A DNA stretch of 64,000 nt from Holosporales bacterium (lineage in GTDB: Bacteria > Pseudomonadota > Alphaproteobacteria > Holosporales > CAZGKG01). Shown here one piece after another: positions 29,297 through 40,040 of the stretch; the stretch's first letter is position 1; the number at the start of each line of letters is the position of its first letter. Location: positions 133-64,132 of the forward strand of contig JBIKIF010000008.1 in NCBI GenBank assembly GCA_044361745.1, read 5' to 3'. Position numbers and translations under genes: made by a program. The notes beneath the pieces were generated by a model, which was given only the letters and a program-made list of their open reading frames with translations, ran no database searches and had not been told where the DNA came from.

Positions 29297-30226
29297 TTGA
29301 ACATCAGGAGCTTGAGAGCTTTGGTCAAGTTGGGGGAGAACGGGTGTGATTTTGGAATTCATAAGCAGCTTGGGATTCCAAGATCAACCCTGTGGGCTTA
29401 CATTACGGAGATTGAAAAAGAAACAGGCATGCGTTTTGTCGTCCGAAAAAAGCAAAATAATTTATTGACGGAAGAAGGTCGTAATTTCCTTCCGTACGCC
29501 CAGCGTATGATTAAGCTTTTTGAGGAAGGGGTTGCCCAAGCCACATTGGTGGATTCGGAAATTCCCACAGGGGAAATTATTATATCAACCACCACGTCTG
29601 TGGCGGGCAGTTGGCTGATGGAAAGTATTTCTTCTTTTCAGGAGAAATATCCTAAAATTATTTTGAAGATTATTGCTGATGATTATATCTCTACAACGAC
29701 CGAAATGATTGCAGATATTCTTTTGCGTCCTATTGCCGAAAAAGATTTTCTTGTACGACATTGGTCTGTTACTCATCAGATGGGTTTGTGGGCAAGCCGT
29801 TCCTATATTCAAAAAAATGGGGCGCCTGAAAAGCCTTCTGATATGATGAAGCATTCTGTTCTGGGGTATGGAGAACATGTGTTTAGCTATGTCCCTGACA
29901 TTGATTGGCATTTAAAGGGTCGTTGGGGGGATCTCCCTCGGCTGACACCACGATTGACCATCAATTCCACAAAATCCATTTACCTGGCGGCTACTCAAGG
30001 CATTGGAATCTGTTCTTCATCCCTAGAGTCCAATGTTTTTTATGGGTCCGATAATCCGTTAATTCGTGTTTTGCCTGAAATTGAGGGTCCATCTATTGTA
30101 ACTTATTTCTGTACAAAAAAAGATATGAGCCCTAATCTTTCAAAAAATGTAAAAATATTTAATGATTTTTTTAAAGATTATTTAAAAACAAAGGCAAAGG
30201 TCTCTGTCAAAAATGAAACAGATTAA
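29297..30226 (+). CDS. LysR-family transcriptional regulator
   Basis: N-terminal winged-HTH ('LRALVKLGENG..FGIHKQLGIPRSTLWAYITEIEKETGMRFV') and a C-terminal LysR substrate-binding fold pattern. TTG start is preceded by AAAGGAGA. The gene is AT-richer than its neighbours. Confidence 0.75.
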   Translation: MNIRSLRALVKLGENGCDFGIHKQLGIPRSTLWAYITEIEKETGMRFVVRKKQNNLLTEEGRNFLPYAQRMIKLFEEGVAQATLVDSEIPTGEIIISTTTSVAGSWLMESISSFQEKYPKIILKIIADDYISTTTEMIADILLRPIAEKDFLVRHWSVTHQMGLWASRSYIQKNGAPEKPSDMMKHSVLGYGEHVFSYVPDIDWHLKGRWGDLPRLTPRLTINSTKSIYLAATQGIGICSSSLESNVFYGSDNPLIRVLPEIEGPSIVTYFCTKKDMSPNLSKNVKIFNDFFKDYLKTKAKVSVKNETD

Positions 30227-31490
30227 CATTACCCGCGCGCTCTCGGCTGGGCATTTCGTTGAGTGTTTTGATGCAACCATCTACGGTTTCTATGCCGTTT
30301 TACTCGCACCTATGTTTTTTCCATCCAACAGTTTGGATCCCCTCTTTTTCTCATTCTTGGCTTTTTCAGCTGGATTTGTTGCCCGCCCTCTGGGGGCTCT
30401 TGTTCTTGCAACGTATGGAGACAAAAAGGGGCGTACAAAGCCGGTGGTGATCGCGATGGGACTTGTGGGGGTGCCCACACTGATTATTGGTTTTTTGCCC
30501 ACCTATTCTGAAATTGGGCTTTCAGCCACCTTCATCTTGTTTGCTTGTCGCATTATGCAAGGGTTCTGCTTTGGTGCGGAGACGGCGGGTGTAAATGTTT
30601 ATATGTACGAAACATACCGTAAAACCAATAAATTGGGGAGACGCACAGGTCTTCTGATTGCTACAGGCGGGATGGGTGCGGTGGTAGCCAGTGCACTCGG
30701 GGCGATCGCCACAATGGAGTGTATGCCCTCATGGGCTTGGCGTATCCCTTTTATTGTGGGGGGATTGGCGGCCTTTGTTGTTTATTTCTGGCGAAGACTC
30801 ATAAGTGAGACAGAGGAATTTGAAGGAGCTCAAAAACGGGGTGAGCTTTTGAAGTTACCATTACTAGAGGTTTGGAGAAAGCATAGGGGGGCCGCTCTGG
30901 TGGCTTTAATTCTTTTTGGATTTGATTCAACACCTCTTTATTTAGCCACCACGTTTGGAAATAAACTTTTTAAAGAGACCGGGTATAGCGCTTCGGAAGG
31001 ACTGCTCTTTAATTTGGTGACATTGATTCTGATGAGTCTGGCTATTGCCTTATTTGGGCGTATTGCAGATAAAAATGGGTTCAATCGTCAGATTAAAGTG
31101 GGTGCACTTTGGCTGATGATCAGCGCGCTTCCGGCGTTCTATGCCATTACCTATTACCCCTGTTTCTTAAGCTTTATCGGATTCATTTTTTGCTTGATTT
31201 TGGGGACTGGTCTTGTGTGCTCCTCAATTATGCCTTACATTAACCAGTCTTTTCCAGCCAACTGTCGGTTTTCGGGTGTAGCCATTAGCATTACCTTAGG
31301 GGCCGCGCTGATTGCGGGCAATACCCCCCTTGTTGCGTTGACGTTGGTGAAGTGGACGGGGACTAACATGGCGCCAGCGCTTTGGCTCATGGCCGTTGCA
31401 ACGGCTTCGTTTCTCGGGGTGAGCTGGAGGGAGAAACAGGTCCGAACTCATTTGGATGTGGATATCAACAAAAAGCCCCTTGCTGCTTGA
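30213..31490 (+). CDS. MFS transporter, metabolite:H+ symporter (ProP/KgtP-like) family
   Basis: 12-TM ORF with the MHS-type N-terminus 'FVECFDATIYGFYAVLLAPMFFP' and 'GDKKGRTKP'. It overlaps the lysR-like gene by 14 nt. Confidence 0.8.
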   Translation: MKQINITRALSAGHFVECFDATIYGFYAVLLAPMFFPSNSLDPLFFSFLAFSAGFVARPLGALVLATYGDKKGRTKPVVIAMGLVGVPTLIIGFLPTYSEIGLSATFILFACRIMQGFCFGAETAGVNVYMYETYRKTNKLGRRTGLLIATGGMGAVVASALGAIATMECMPSWAWRIPFIVGGLAAFVVYFWRRLISETEEFEGAQKRGELLKLPLLEVWRKHRGAALVALILFGFDSTPLYLATTFGNKLFKETGYSASEGLLFNLVTLILMSLAIALFGRIADKNGFNRQIKVGALWLMISALPAFYAITYYPCFLSFIGFIFCLILGTGLVCSSIMPYINQSFPANCRFSGVAISITLGAALIAGNTPLVALTLVKWTGTNMAPALWLMAVATASFLGVSWREKQVRTHLDVDINKKPLAA

Positions 31491-31499
31491 GGAGAGATC

Positions 31500-31829
31500 T
31501 TAAAACCCCTGCGGTGTGAATGAATTTTGGCACCCACAAGATTTCGCTGCAGACGGATTGTTGATAACAAAAGATGACCCGATCAGCTCTTCGGTATAAT
31601 CGAGGGTTGCCCCTTCCAGAAAGGGCTGAGAAGCTGGGTCAATCAGAACCTGAGCCTCCTCTCCAATGATGCTGTCATCAGCTTCCGGGGAATGCTCAAA
31701 GAGAAAAACATACTGGAATCCAGCGCATCCACCTGCTTCAACCCTGACTCTTAAATAGGGGAAAGCAGGATTTTCTTGGCGATAGTTTTGAAGTTTTTGA
31801 ATCGCTTTAAGGGTCAGGGACAAAGACAT
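31500..31829 (-). CDS. erpA: Iron-sulfur cluster insertion protein (HesB/IscA/ErpA family)
   Basis: 109 aa with 'LRVRVEAGGCAGFQY' and the C-terminal 'SCGCQNSF' cysteine motif. Confidence 0.88.
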   Translation of the reverse strand: MSLSLTLKAIQKLQNYRQENPAFPYLRVRVEAGGCAGFQYVFLFEHSPEADDSIIGEEAQVLIDPASQPFLEGATLDYTEELIGSSFVINNPSAAKSCGCQNSFTPQGF

Positions 31830-32431
31830 CAGAGAGTCTCCTCGGGGGGGGGTGGTGGGCGACCTTGTAAGGACTCAAGACTCTCTTCTTTGAATAACAA
31901 CACCCAGACCTTCCAAATCATTGTTCCAAGGAACAAAAACCCCACAGATCCCAAAATAAAGAAACGTTGAAAGTGGGTGAAGTGGGTCATCAGCATTTCT
32001 CCAAACGCATATCCTGCGCAGCAACTTAAGATCGCCCAAATGGCTGCCGCGATGATGTTGAGGATGGCAAAACGTAGAAAAGATATGCGCGCAGCTCCGA
32101 TGATGACTGGGCTGATGATCCGGATGCCGTAAATAAAACGGAATGTGAGAATATAAAAGGTGTTATATTTATGAAGCAGTTGAAAAGCCCGTTTCGCAGG
32201 TTTTTGAGTGGACGGAAAACGGTCTAAAATCCAGTCACCGCACCAGTGGCCCAGAAAAAATAGTGTTTGATCCGCGATCACGGTCCCGACAAAGGAGACT
32301 AAAATAATTTTATAAAGGGAGAGGTACCCTTGAGAAGCCAAGAATCCGGCTGTCAGAATCACAGACTCACCTTCAATAAGTGAGCCTAAGAAAACCGCTA
32401 GATAACCCCATTCTGAGATAAATGCTTCCAC
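31829..32431 (-). CDS. DedA family membrane protein
   Basis: 'GYLAVFLGSLIEGESVILTAGFLA' and 'FRFIYGIR' are DedA/SNARE-associated signatures. Confidence 0.85.
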   Translation of the reverse strand: MEAFISEWGYLAVFLGSLIEGESVILTAGFLASQGYLSLYKIILVSFVGTVIADQTLFFLGHWCGDWILDRFPSTQKPAKRAFQLLHKYNTFYILTFRFIYGIRIISPVIIGAARISFLRFAILNIIAAAIWAILSCCAGYAFGEMLMTHFTHFQRFFILGSVGFLFLGTMIWKVWVLLFKEESLESLQGRPPPPPEETL

Positions 32432-32712
32432 GTGAACACGCTTCCTTTTTCTGCACTTTGAACCGATGTTTTCAGACTGACAAAGATCTGAAGAGACATC
32501 ATCCTAATTTCCCATAAACTGTTGAAGGAGAGAAGGGGTTCATACAAAATATTTTCAGGTGTCCTGTCAAAGCCTGTCCGCAAATGTAAGACCGAAAAAT
32601 CCAGGAAGAAGGTGGTCAGAGGCACCTTTTTTGTCCTGCTGGTCAAGCCTGCATAGAAGCTCAGCGTTCAGAGTCCGTTTTTTAGGAACCTGCTGCATGA
32701 CTCTTCATAGAA

Positions 32713-33204
32713 TCAATGTTCGTGGTCAAAAAAATGAGAAGATTTTTTTGAGGAGCGACCTAATCCGTTTGCTTTTGCTAGGGAACTTCTTTTCTTTGCA
32801 TAGTTAGGAGCAACCATTGGGTAGTCTAGAGGCAATCCCCAGCGTTCCCGATATTGTTCAGGAGTCATCTTGTAGACAGCACGCAAATGGCGTTTGAGCA
32901 TTTTAAGCTTTTTTCCATCCTCAAGACAGATGACATAATCATCTGTAATAGACTTTTTGATGGGGACAGCGGGCTCTAAGGGACGTGCTTGAGAATGATT
33001 GTTGTGTCGCCCCAACGTGCTGAGAGTAGAATAGACCTGATGTATCAATGAGGGGATCTCAGCGGATTCGATATTATTATTTGACACGTAGGCAGAGACA
33101 ACATCACTGACAAGATGTAAAACATCTGAAGAGCGTGGTTTGTCTCCTTCAAGAGAGTAATTTTCGATACGCATAATAAAGTCCATCGTTGGTGAATGTG
33201 ACAC
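32713..33204 (-). CDS. mucR: Ros/MucR family transcriptional regulator (variant zinc site)
   Basis: 'ITDDYVICLEDGKKLKMLKRHLRAVYKMTPEQYRERWGLPLDYPMVAPNYAKKRSSLAKANGLG' is colinear with the Ros87/MucR DNA-binding domain. Confidence 0.9.
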   Translation of the reverse strand: MSHSPTMDFIMRIENYSLEGDKPRSSDVLHLVSDVVSAYVSNNNIESAEIPSLIHQVYSTLSTLGRHNNHSQARPLEPAVPIKKSITDDYVICLEDGKKLKMLKRHLRAVYKMTPEQYRERWGLPLDYPMVAPNYAKKRSSLAKANGLGRSSKKSSHFFDHEH

Positions 33205-33320
33205 AATAACAGAGGGTTATCTTTTATTTTTGATCTTTTGGATATAGTCCTTTTCACCTAAGCTTGCAAGAAATAAAGGAAAAAGCAACAGTTAATTTTA
33301 GTTTGATGGGCTAAATCGAA

Positions 33321-33764
33321 TCAAATAAAAAGACAAAATGTCAAGGCATCTTGTTCTCTGCTGTCTTTTTGGCGGTAATATTTTTTTCGTACTCCTATGA
33401 GCAAAAATCCAGCTTTTTGATACAATTTTTGCGCAGGGAGATTGGCTTCGCTGACTTCTAAAAAGATTTTTTTGATCTGGAGGGCGCGGGTTTTTGCAAT
33501 CATTTGTTTGAGCAAAATTTCTCCAATCCCTTGACTTTGGAATGGTTTGGTCACAAAAAAAGTGAGAATATCACAGGTATCTTCTGTGGCCTGTAGACAG
33601 TAAAGCCCTTGAAACTCTGAGTCTAGAAAAAGGCATTCTCCAAAAACGGTCTGCAAACAAAAAAGCTCCTGAAATGTTTGCGCAGACCAAGGGGCTTCTG
33701 GAAAAGCATGTCCGTGATGAAGCGCGCATTGTTCTGGAGATAGGAAACGTAAATCTTGCAGCAT
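33321..33764 (-). CDS. rimI: Ribosomal-protein-alanine N-acetyltransferase (GNAT)
   Basis: GNAT motif A 'QSQGIGEILLKQMIAK' and 'FLEVSEANLPAQKLYQKAGF'. It sits directly downstream of tsaB, the classical tsaB-rimI arrangement. Confidence 0.82.
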   Translation of the reverse strand: MLQDLRFLSPEQCALHHGHAFPEAPWSAQTFQELFCLQTVFGECLFLDSEFQGLYCLQATEDTCDILTFFVTKPFQSQGIGEILLKQMIAKTRALQIKKIFLEVSEANLPAQKLYQKAGFLLIGVRKKYYRQKDSREQDALTFCLFI

Positions 33765-33769
33765 GAGCT

Positions 33770-34456
33770 TCAGGAATCCTGGTGTTCACGCTGATGCGTC
33801 GGGACAGGAGGGTGAAGATAGACAGGGGTCAGGGGGGCTTTTTGGCGGCCTTCAAAAGAATGATTTCTGAGATGACTTGACAATAAAAAAGAACAAATTT
33901 TCTCAAAATAAAATATATCTAATTGGTTTATATTTTCAAGCTGAGCACTTTTATTTATATCTTTTTTAGGCAAAATAAGAATGTGCTTGCCATCGCGTGT
34001 TTTTTGCTGAAGCCAATCAGGGAAGCTGTTTTTGGGAATCAAAAGGGGAATTTCTAAGAAACCTTTGCTTTTTTCGTAGACCTGAACAGCTAAAAACGCA
34101 CCAAAAGTATCAACAGGCAGAATCAGAGGGTCTTTTTGAGAAGAGAATTCCCGCTCCCAAAGCTCAAAAAGAGAAATCCCGTAGGTTGGCAATGGGTGCA
34201 TGAGGGTGAGTCCACGGGCAAGGCTGATTCCTTGGCGAATACCTGTTAATGACCCTGGCCCAACAGTCAGACCTATTCGATCTAAATCATGTATTTTTAA
34301 GCTGGCATCTTTGAGTATTTTCTGGATCAAGGGCGCAAGAAACCTGGCGGGACCTCCCTCGGTGTCCTTTGTCTGGACATGGGTTTGTTCTCCTGCAGAC
34401 GTGTGTAGGGTGATGGAAACCTGTTCGCTGCATGTGTCCCAACAAAGACTATTCAT
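33770..34456 (-). CDS. tsaB: tRNA threonylcarbamoyladenosine biosynthesis protein TsaB
   Basis: Track ORF 33770..34522. 'IGLTVGPGSLTGIRQGISLARGL'. ATG 34456 is preceded by AAGGAG and avoids overlap with the upstream gene. Confidence 0.85.
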   Translation of the reverse strand: MNSLCWDTCSEQVSITLHTSAGEQTHVQTKDTEGGPARFLAPLIQKILKDASLKIHDLDRIGLTVGPGSLTGIRQGISLARGLTLMHPLPTYGISLFELWEREFSSQKDPLILPVDTFGAFLAVQVYEKSKGFLEIPLLIPKNSFPDWLQQKTRDGKHILILPKKDINKSAQLENINQLDIFYFEKICSFLLSSHLRNHSFEGRQKAPLTPVYLHPPVPTHQREHQDS

Positions 34457-34466
34457 GGGGCTCCTT

Positions 34467-35849
34467 TCAAACAGTGTCCCGGTGAAGAGAGGGGACGTTT
34501 GGAGAAATCTCACAAGCGGCAATCAGAGCCGCTTGGTTTTGATTCAAAAGAGACTCCTCAAAGCCCTCAATCAGTTCCTCAAATATCTGGTGCCAGTTGA
34601 GTTTTACTTTCAGATGAATGAGGGCGGCTCCAATGCCGACGGCAGCACGATCCAGCAGAACAAAAGTGCGAGGAGGTTCGATGCCCCCTTTATGACGGAG
34701 GAGTTTATGGACTTTGCTTGCAACAGCCTTGCCTTTCTCCCCTGAAAAATCATTATCGAGGGCGCGGACTCGGTTTTCGAGGAGGGGTTCATACAGAAAT
34801 TTCGCCCAGAGAGTCAGAACCTCCAGCATTTCTTTGGTGAGGTTCTCAAAACCAAGGAGACGATATCCTTCCGCCAAGCCCTCTTCCGAATGGGATTGAA
34901 GGCCTTGATAGAGGCGAATCACTCCCTCCACCACAGATCCGGGGAACGTGCGCACACATCCAAAATCCAGAAGGTTCAACTGTGGCTGTCCATCTTGAGT
35001 GCGGACTGTATAGTTGCCCATATGGGGGTCCCCATGGAGAATCCCATAGCGATAAAAGGGTTTGTACCAAGCGCGAAACAGAGATTGCCCGAGAAGCTCT
35101 CTGACCTCCTGAGGCTGGGCTGCGCTTTCTAAAAAAGGTCGGCCTTCAAGCCAAGACATGGTGAGGAGCCTATGGGTTGAAAGGTGTGGAAAAGATGTGG
35201 CAATGCAGGTCCGGGGTTCATCTGAAAGGGCCCGTGCAAACCAAGACATGTGACGGGCTTCTTGGGTGTAGTCGAGCTCTTCAAAAAGATGGTCTCGAAT
35301 TTCTTTTTGGATGTTTGTTGTGCGAATGCCTCCAGAAATTTTTTCGTAAACACCACAGAAAAAGGCAAGTTGTTTGAGGTCGTCTGAAACAATCTGAGGC
35401 ATATTGGGGTATTGGAGTTTACACGCCACTTGCGTGCCATCCTTGAGGATCGCCTGATGAACTTGGCCAAGGGAAGCGGCAAAAGAAGCCTCGACAGAAA
35501 ACGATTCAAAATAATCTTCCCAATTGACGCCCAGTTCCGCTTTCATGCGCCGCTTCACAAACAAGGGTCCCATGGCGGGCGCATTGGCCTGAAGTGTTCT
35601 GAGGGCCTCCGCATAGTCTGGAGGAAGCATATTGGGAACAGTTGCTAAAATTTGAGCAATTTTTAAGGTGGGGCCTTTGAGTGTCCCAAGTGTTTGGGTC
35701 AGAAGGGCTGCGTAGGCTTGATGGTCTATGGAGAGTCCAATTTTCTCCCCCAGAAGTCTGCCACCAATGCCAGAGAGGGTTCTGGCGCTTTTCAGGTACC
35801 TTTTGGCGCGAGAAGGTGCCCCTTCGTCATCATTTTCTTCCTGATCCAT
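34467..35849 (-). CDS. ABC1/UbiB atypical kinase family protein
   Basis: 'FEASFAASLGQVHQAILKDGTQVACKLQYPNM', 'GILHGDPHMGNY' and 'LLDFGCV'. Confidence 0.85.
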   Translation of the reverse strand: MDQEENDDEGAPSRAKRYLKSARTLSGIGGRLLGEKIGLSIDHQAYAALLTQTLGTLKGPTLKIAQILATVPNMLPPDYAEALRTLQANAPAMGPLFVKRRMKAELGVNWEDYFESFSVEASFAASLGQVHQAILKDGTQVACKLQYPNMPQIVSDDLKQLAFFCGVYEKISGGIRTTNIQKEIRDHLFEELDYTQEARHMSWFARALSDEPRTCIATSFPHLSTHRLLTMSWLEGRPFLESAAQPQEVRELLGQSLFRAWYKPFYRYGILHGDPHMGNYTVRTQDGQPQLNLLDFGCVRTFPGSVVEGVIRLYQGLQSHSEEGLAEGYRLLGFENLTKEMLEVLTLWAKFLYEPLLENRVRALDNDFSGEKGKAVASKVHKLLRHKGGIEPPRTFVLLDRAAVGIGAALIHLKVKLNWHQIFEELIEGFEESLLNQNQAALIAACEISPNVPSLHRDTV

Positions 35850-35908
35850 GGTGCGGAATGTCCTTGTCCTCAGACTGAAAACCCTTTAGAAGAAGGGATC
35901 TTTACATT

Positions 35909-37858
35909 ATGAGAGGTGCTTCTGTTGTGCGCAATCTTTTTCTTCAGAACTTCCTTCTTTGTCTTGTTTTTTCCTTTATAAGAGGGGGAGAACTTTGGGC
36001 GGAGCCTCAGCGTTCTCCCAAATCACCCTTGCCATCTTCTCTACAGGCGGAAGGTCAACAGGATGGGAGTGAATGGACTCTTGAAGAGCAGGAAGCTTAC
36101 GCGGTTCATGGAATCTCTGTGAGAGGCACGCCTCAATATCCCAAAGATTTCAAGAATTTCAAGGCCTATTATGCAAGCGCACCTAAGAAAGGTCATGTGC
36201 GGATACCAGTGATGGGGACGGTTTTCGACACCCTGAATCCATTTTTGCCTACTGGAATCTGTGCCCAAGGAATGGGGCTCTATAGTGCGCTCCCTTTTGA
36301 TACCCTTATGGAACGTTCGCCAGAGGAGCCTTTGACCTTTTATCCCCGTCTTGCTCAGAAGGTTTTTCTCAGTCCAGATCGTTCATTCGTGACGTTCTTC
36401 TTAAATCCTGAGGCGCGCTTTCATGATGGGACGCCAGTTCACGCAGACGATGTGGTGTTTACCTATGAGGCCATTCGAGATAACGGATCTCCAGCCCGCA
36501 AAATGCTTGGGAAGCGGATCAAATCCGTGAAAGCTTTAAACCCCCATGTGGTGCGATTTGATTTTTTTCCTTTTGAGGACGGGCAGATTGATCAAGAGCT
36601 CCCCTTTATTATTGCTGGGATGGTGGTGCTTTCTCAAAAGTCTCTTCAGGGGAAAGAGTTTGCAAAAACAGGTTTGACCCCCTTGATGGGAAGCGGTCCT
36701 TACCGTGTGAAGGAGGTCCATCCGGGGCAGTCCATTACCTACGAGCGAGACCCCAATTATTGGGGGAAAGAGCAACCGTCTCTCAGGGGTCTGTATAATT
36801 TTGAGAAGATTACATTCGAATATTTTGGGAACGATACGGTTGGGTTTGAGGCGTTCAAAACAGGTTTGGTCGATCATTGGAGCGAGTCCAATCCAGCGCG
36901 GTGGAACAATGAATATCATTTTTCAGCGGTGAAAGAAGGGCATGTTCTGAAGGAGACCATGACTTTCCGCAATGCGGCCCACGTGACTGTTTTGGTTTTT
37001 AATATCCACAAGCGTGTTCTTGAAAATCCTTTGACCCGTAAGGCTCTGAGTTTTCTGATAGACGTTCAGTGGATCAATCAAAATCTTTTTGAGGGGTCTT
37101 TGACGCCAACTTCAAGCTTTTTTGGGGGGACGCTTTTTGAAGCCACAGGCGTGCCGTCTCCAGCAGAAAAAGTCATTTTACAAACCCTGCCCGACGTGCC
37201 GCCCGAAATTCTGGAGGGACCTCTTCCTGAGGCACCCGTCACCGATGGATCTGGAAATGTTCGCCCCCAAATTGAAAAAGCCCATGGCTTTTTGAGAGAA
37301 GCGGGTTGGTCTTTTAAAGATGGGAAATGGGTGGATAAGAAGGGCCGTATTCTGGAGCTTGAGCTTTTAGTCAATGACCAGCAAAATGAAAAACTGGCCC
37401 TTGCGTACGGTCGTGTTCTTGAAAAGGCCGGGATCCGTCTTCATATCCGCCTTGTGGATAGTGCTCAGTATCAAAAGCGTCTTGCAGACCGCAAGTTTGA
37501 TCTCATTTTTCATGGGTTTGGAACGGGCCTCTCTCCAGGGACGGAGCAAAAGCTGTACTGGCTGTCTGCCTTTGCACGGGTACCGTCTCGAAATTATGCT
37601 GGGATTGAATCCAAAGCCATTGATGCGATCTGTGATCGTGTGGTGTCCTCTAAAACACAAGAGGAACTGACGTTGGTCATGAAGATCTTAGACCGGCTGC
37701 TCCGTCACGGGTTTTATATGCGCCCCCTGTTTGCCCGCACAACGGATCGGGTGGCTTACTGGAGCCATCTCCATCATCCGCCTCTTGACGGTTGGGGTTT
37801 GCCAAGCCTTTATAGTTGGTGGTGGGCTGAGCCAAAGGCCGCTGTCTCTCGTAACTAA
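35909..37858 (+). CDS. ABC transporter substrate-binding protein, family 5 (YejA/peptide-type)
   Basis: 649-aa ORF with a signal-like N-terminus. 'ARFHDGTPVHADDVVFTYEAIRDNG' and 'GSGPYRVKEV' are typical of SBP family 5. No permease or ATPase gene is adjacent. Confidence 0.8.
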   Translation: MRGASVVRNLFLQNFLLCLVFSFIRGGELWAEPQRSPKSPLPSSLQAEGQQDGSEWTLEEQEAYAVHGISVRGTPQYPKDFKNFKAYYASAPKKGHVRIPVMGTVFDTLNPFLPTGICAQGMGLYSALPFDTLMERSPEEPLTFYPRLAQKVFLSPDRSFVTFFLNPEARFHDGTPVHADDVVFTYEAIRDNGSPARKMLGKRIKSVKALNPHVVRFDFFPFEDGQIDQELPFIIAGMVVLSQKSLQGKEFAKTGLTPLMGSGPYRVKEVHPGQSITYERDPNYWGKEQPSLRGLYNFEKITFEYFGNDTVGFEAFKTGLVDHWSESNPARWNNEYHFSAVKEGHVLKETMTFRNAAHVTVLVFNIHKRVLENPLTRKALSFLIDVQWINQNLFEGSLTPTSSFFGGTLFEATGVPSPAEKVILQTLPDVPPEILEGPLPEAPVTDGSGNVRPQIEKAHGFLREAGWSFKDGKWVDKKGRILELELLVNDQQNEKLALAYGRVLEKAGIRLHIRLVDSAQYQKRLADRKFDLIFHGFGTGLSPGTEQKLYWLSAFARVPSRNYAGIESKAIDAICDRVVSSKTQEELTLVMKILDRLLRHGFYMRPLFARTTDRVAYWSHLHHPPLDGWGLPSLYSWWWAEPKAAVSRN

Positions 37859-38878
<1,020 letters not shown>

Positions 38879-38976
38879 GAGGGGCTTCCCATTAGATTGA
38901 GTCAACGGGTTCTTTTATTTTATGAAGAATTCGTTAAAAATTTGCATTGAGTGTTCCCTGTTTGGTAAGGTGAAAT

Positions 38977-39010
38977 CCTCTCTGAGGCTCCTCAAGAGAG
39001 GCCCTTTTCT
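38977..39010 (+). terminator. Candidate intrinsic terminator downstream of obgE
   Basis: Stem CCTCTCT (38977-38983) pairs with AGAGAGG (38995-39001), followed by CCCTTTTCT. Confidence 0.35.
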
Positions 39011-39092
39011 GAGGATTTTTTCTTTCCCCCAGAAAACACCTCTAAGATCAATGAAAATTGGAGAAAGCTATCGCTGAGTTTCAATCATTGAA

Positions 39093-40037
39093 TTACATAT
39101 CCGCTCCGCCGCCGGCCTTTGAGGCGTTTGCCCGGGAAGCCTTCAAGCGGTTGAAGTCTTCATCTGCATGGTAAGAAGACCGGGTGAGGGGGGAGGCGCT
39201 GACGACAGAAAATCCCTTCCCCTTGGCCATGATGGCGTATTCTTCAAATTCTTCAGGAGGAATGTAGCGCAGCACCGGATGGTGTTTGGGTGTGGGGCGC
39301 AGGTATTGGCCAATGGTCAGGAAATCAACGTCTGCAGAACGCAGGTCGTCCATGACTTGATAGACCTCGGTCTTGGTCTCCCCAAGGCCTACCATGATGC
39401 CAGATTTTGTAAAAATACTAGGGTCCAGTTGTTTGACTTGGTCCAGGAGGCGTAGGGAGTGAAAATACCGCGCTCCAGGCCGAACGGTGGGGTAGAGGCT
39501 GGGGACTGTCTCCAGGTTGTGATTAAAGACATCTGGGCAGGCGGATACCACGGTCTCGAGGGCGCCGTCTTTCCGCAGAAAATCCGGCGTCAGGATTTCA
39601 ATGGTGGTGCCTGGAACCTGAAGGCGAATTCGGGAGATAGTGCGGGCAAAGTGGGCCGCACCTCCGTCCTCCAGATCATCCCGGTCCACGGAGGTGATGA
39701 CCACATGCTTGAGGCCCAGGCGCGCCACTGCCTCCGCCACATGTTGAGGCTCATGGGGATCCAGCTGATCCGGGCGGCCGGTCTCAATGTTGCAAAAGGC
39801 GCAGGCCCGCGTGCAGACGCTGCCCAGAATCATAAAGGTGGCATGCTTTTTGGCCCAGCATTCAGCAATATTGGGGCAAGCGGCTTCCTCGCAGACCGTG
39901 TTCAAAGACAGGTCTCTCATGAGATCTCTGGTGTCCTGGAAGGTCTGAGAGACGGGGGCTTTCACACGAATCCACGGGGGGCGGGTTTCTTCGTGGACTA
40001 GGCCGCTTGTGAACTTTGGATAGGGGGGGCCGCTCAC
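39093..40037 (-). CDS. lipA: Lipoyl synthase
   Basis: Radical-SAM '[10 protein letters not shown]' plus the auxiliary cluster motif '[13 protein letters not shown]'. Confidence 0.95.
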   Translation of the reverse strand: MSGPPYPKFTSGLVHEETRPPWIRVKAPVSQTFQDTRDLMRDLSLNTVCEEAACPNIAECWAKKHATFMILGSVCTRACAFCNIETGRPDQLDPHEPQHVAEAVARLGLKHVVITSVDRDDLEDGGAAHFARTISRIRLQVPGTTIEILTPDFLRKDGALETVVSACPDVFNHNLETVPSLYPTVRPGARYFHSLRLLDQVKQLDPSIFTKSGIMVGLGETKTEVYQVMDDLRSADVDFLTIGQYLRPTPKHHPVLRYIPPEEFEEYAIMAKGKGFSVVSASPLTRSSYHADEDFNRLKASRANASKAGGGADM

Positions 40038-40040
40038 GCC

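Noticed and set aside
32609..32632. Terminator-like hairpin with a T6 run on the plus strand (AGGTG..CACCTTTTTT), in a spacer flanked only by minus-strand genes. It was considered as a possible orphan sRNA 3' end.
   Set aside because: The stem is only 5 bp and no convincing promoter lies upstream. The evidence is too weak without expression data.
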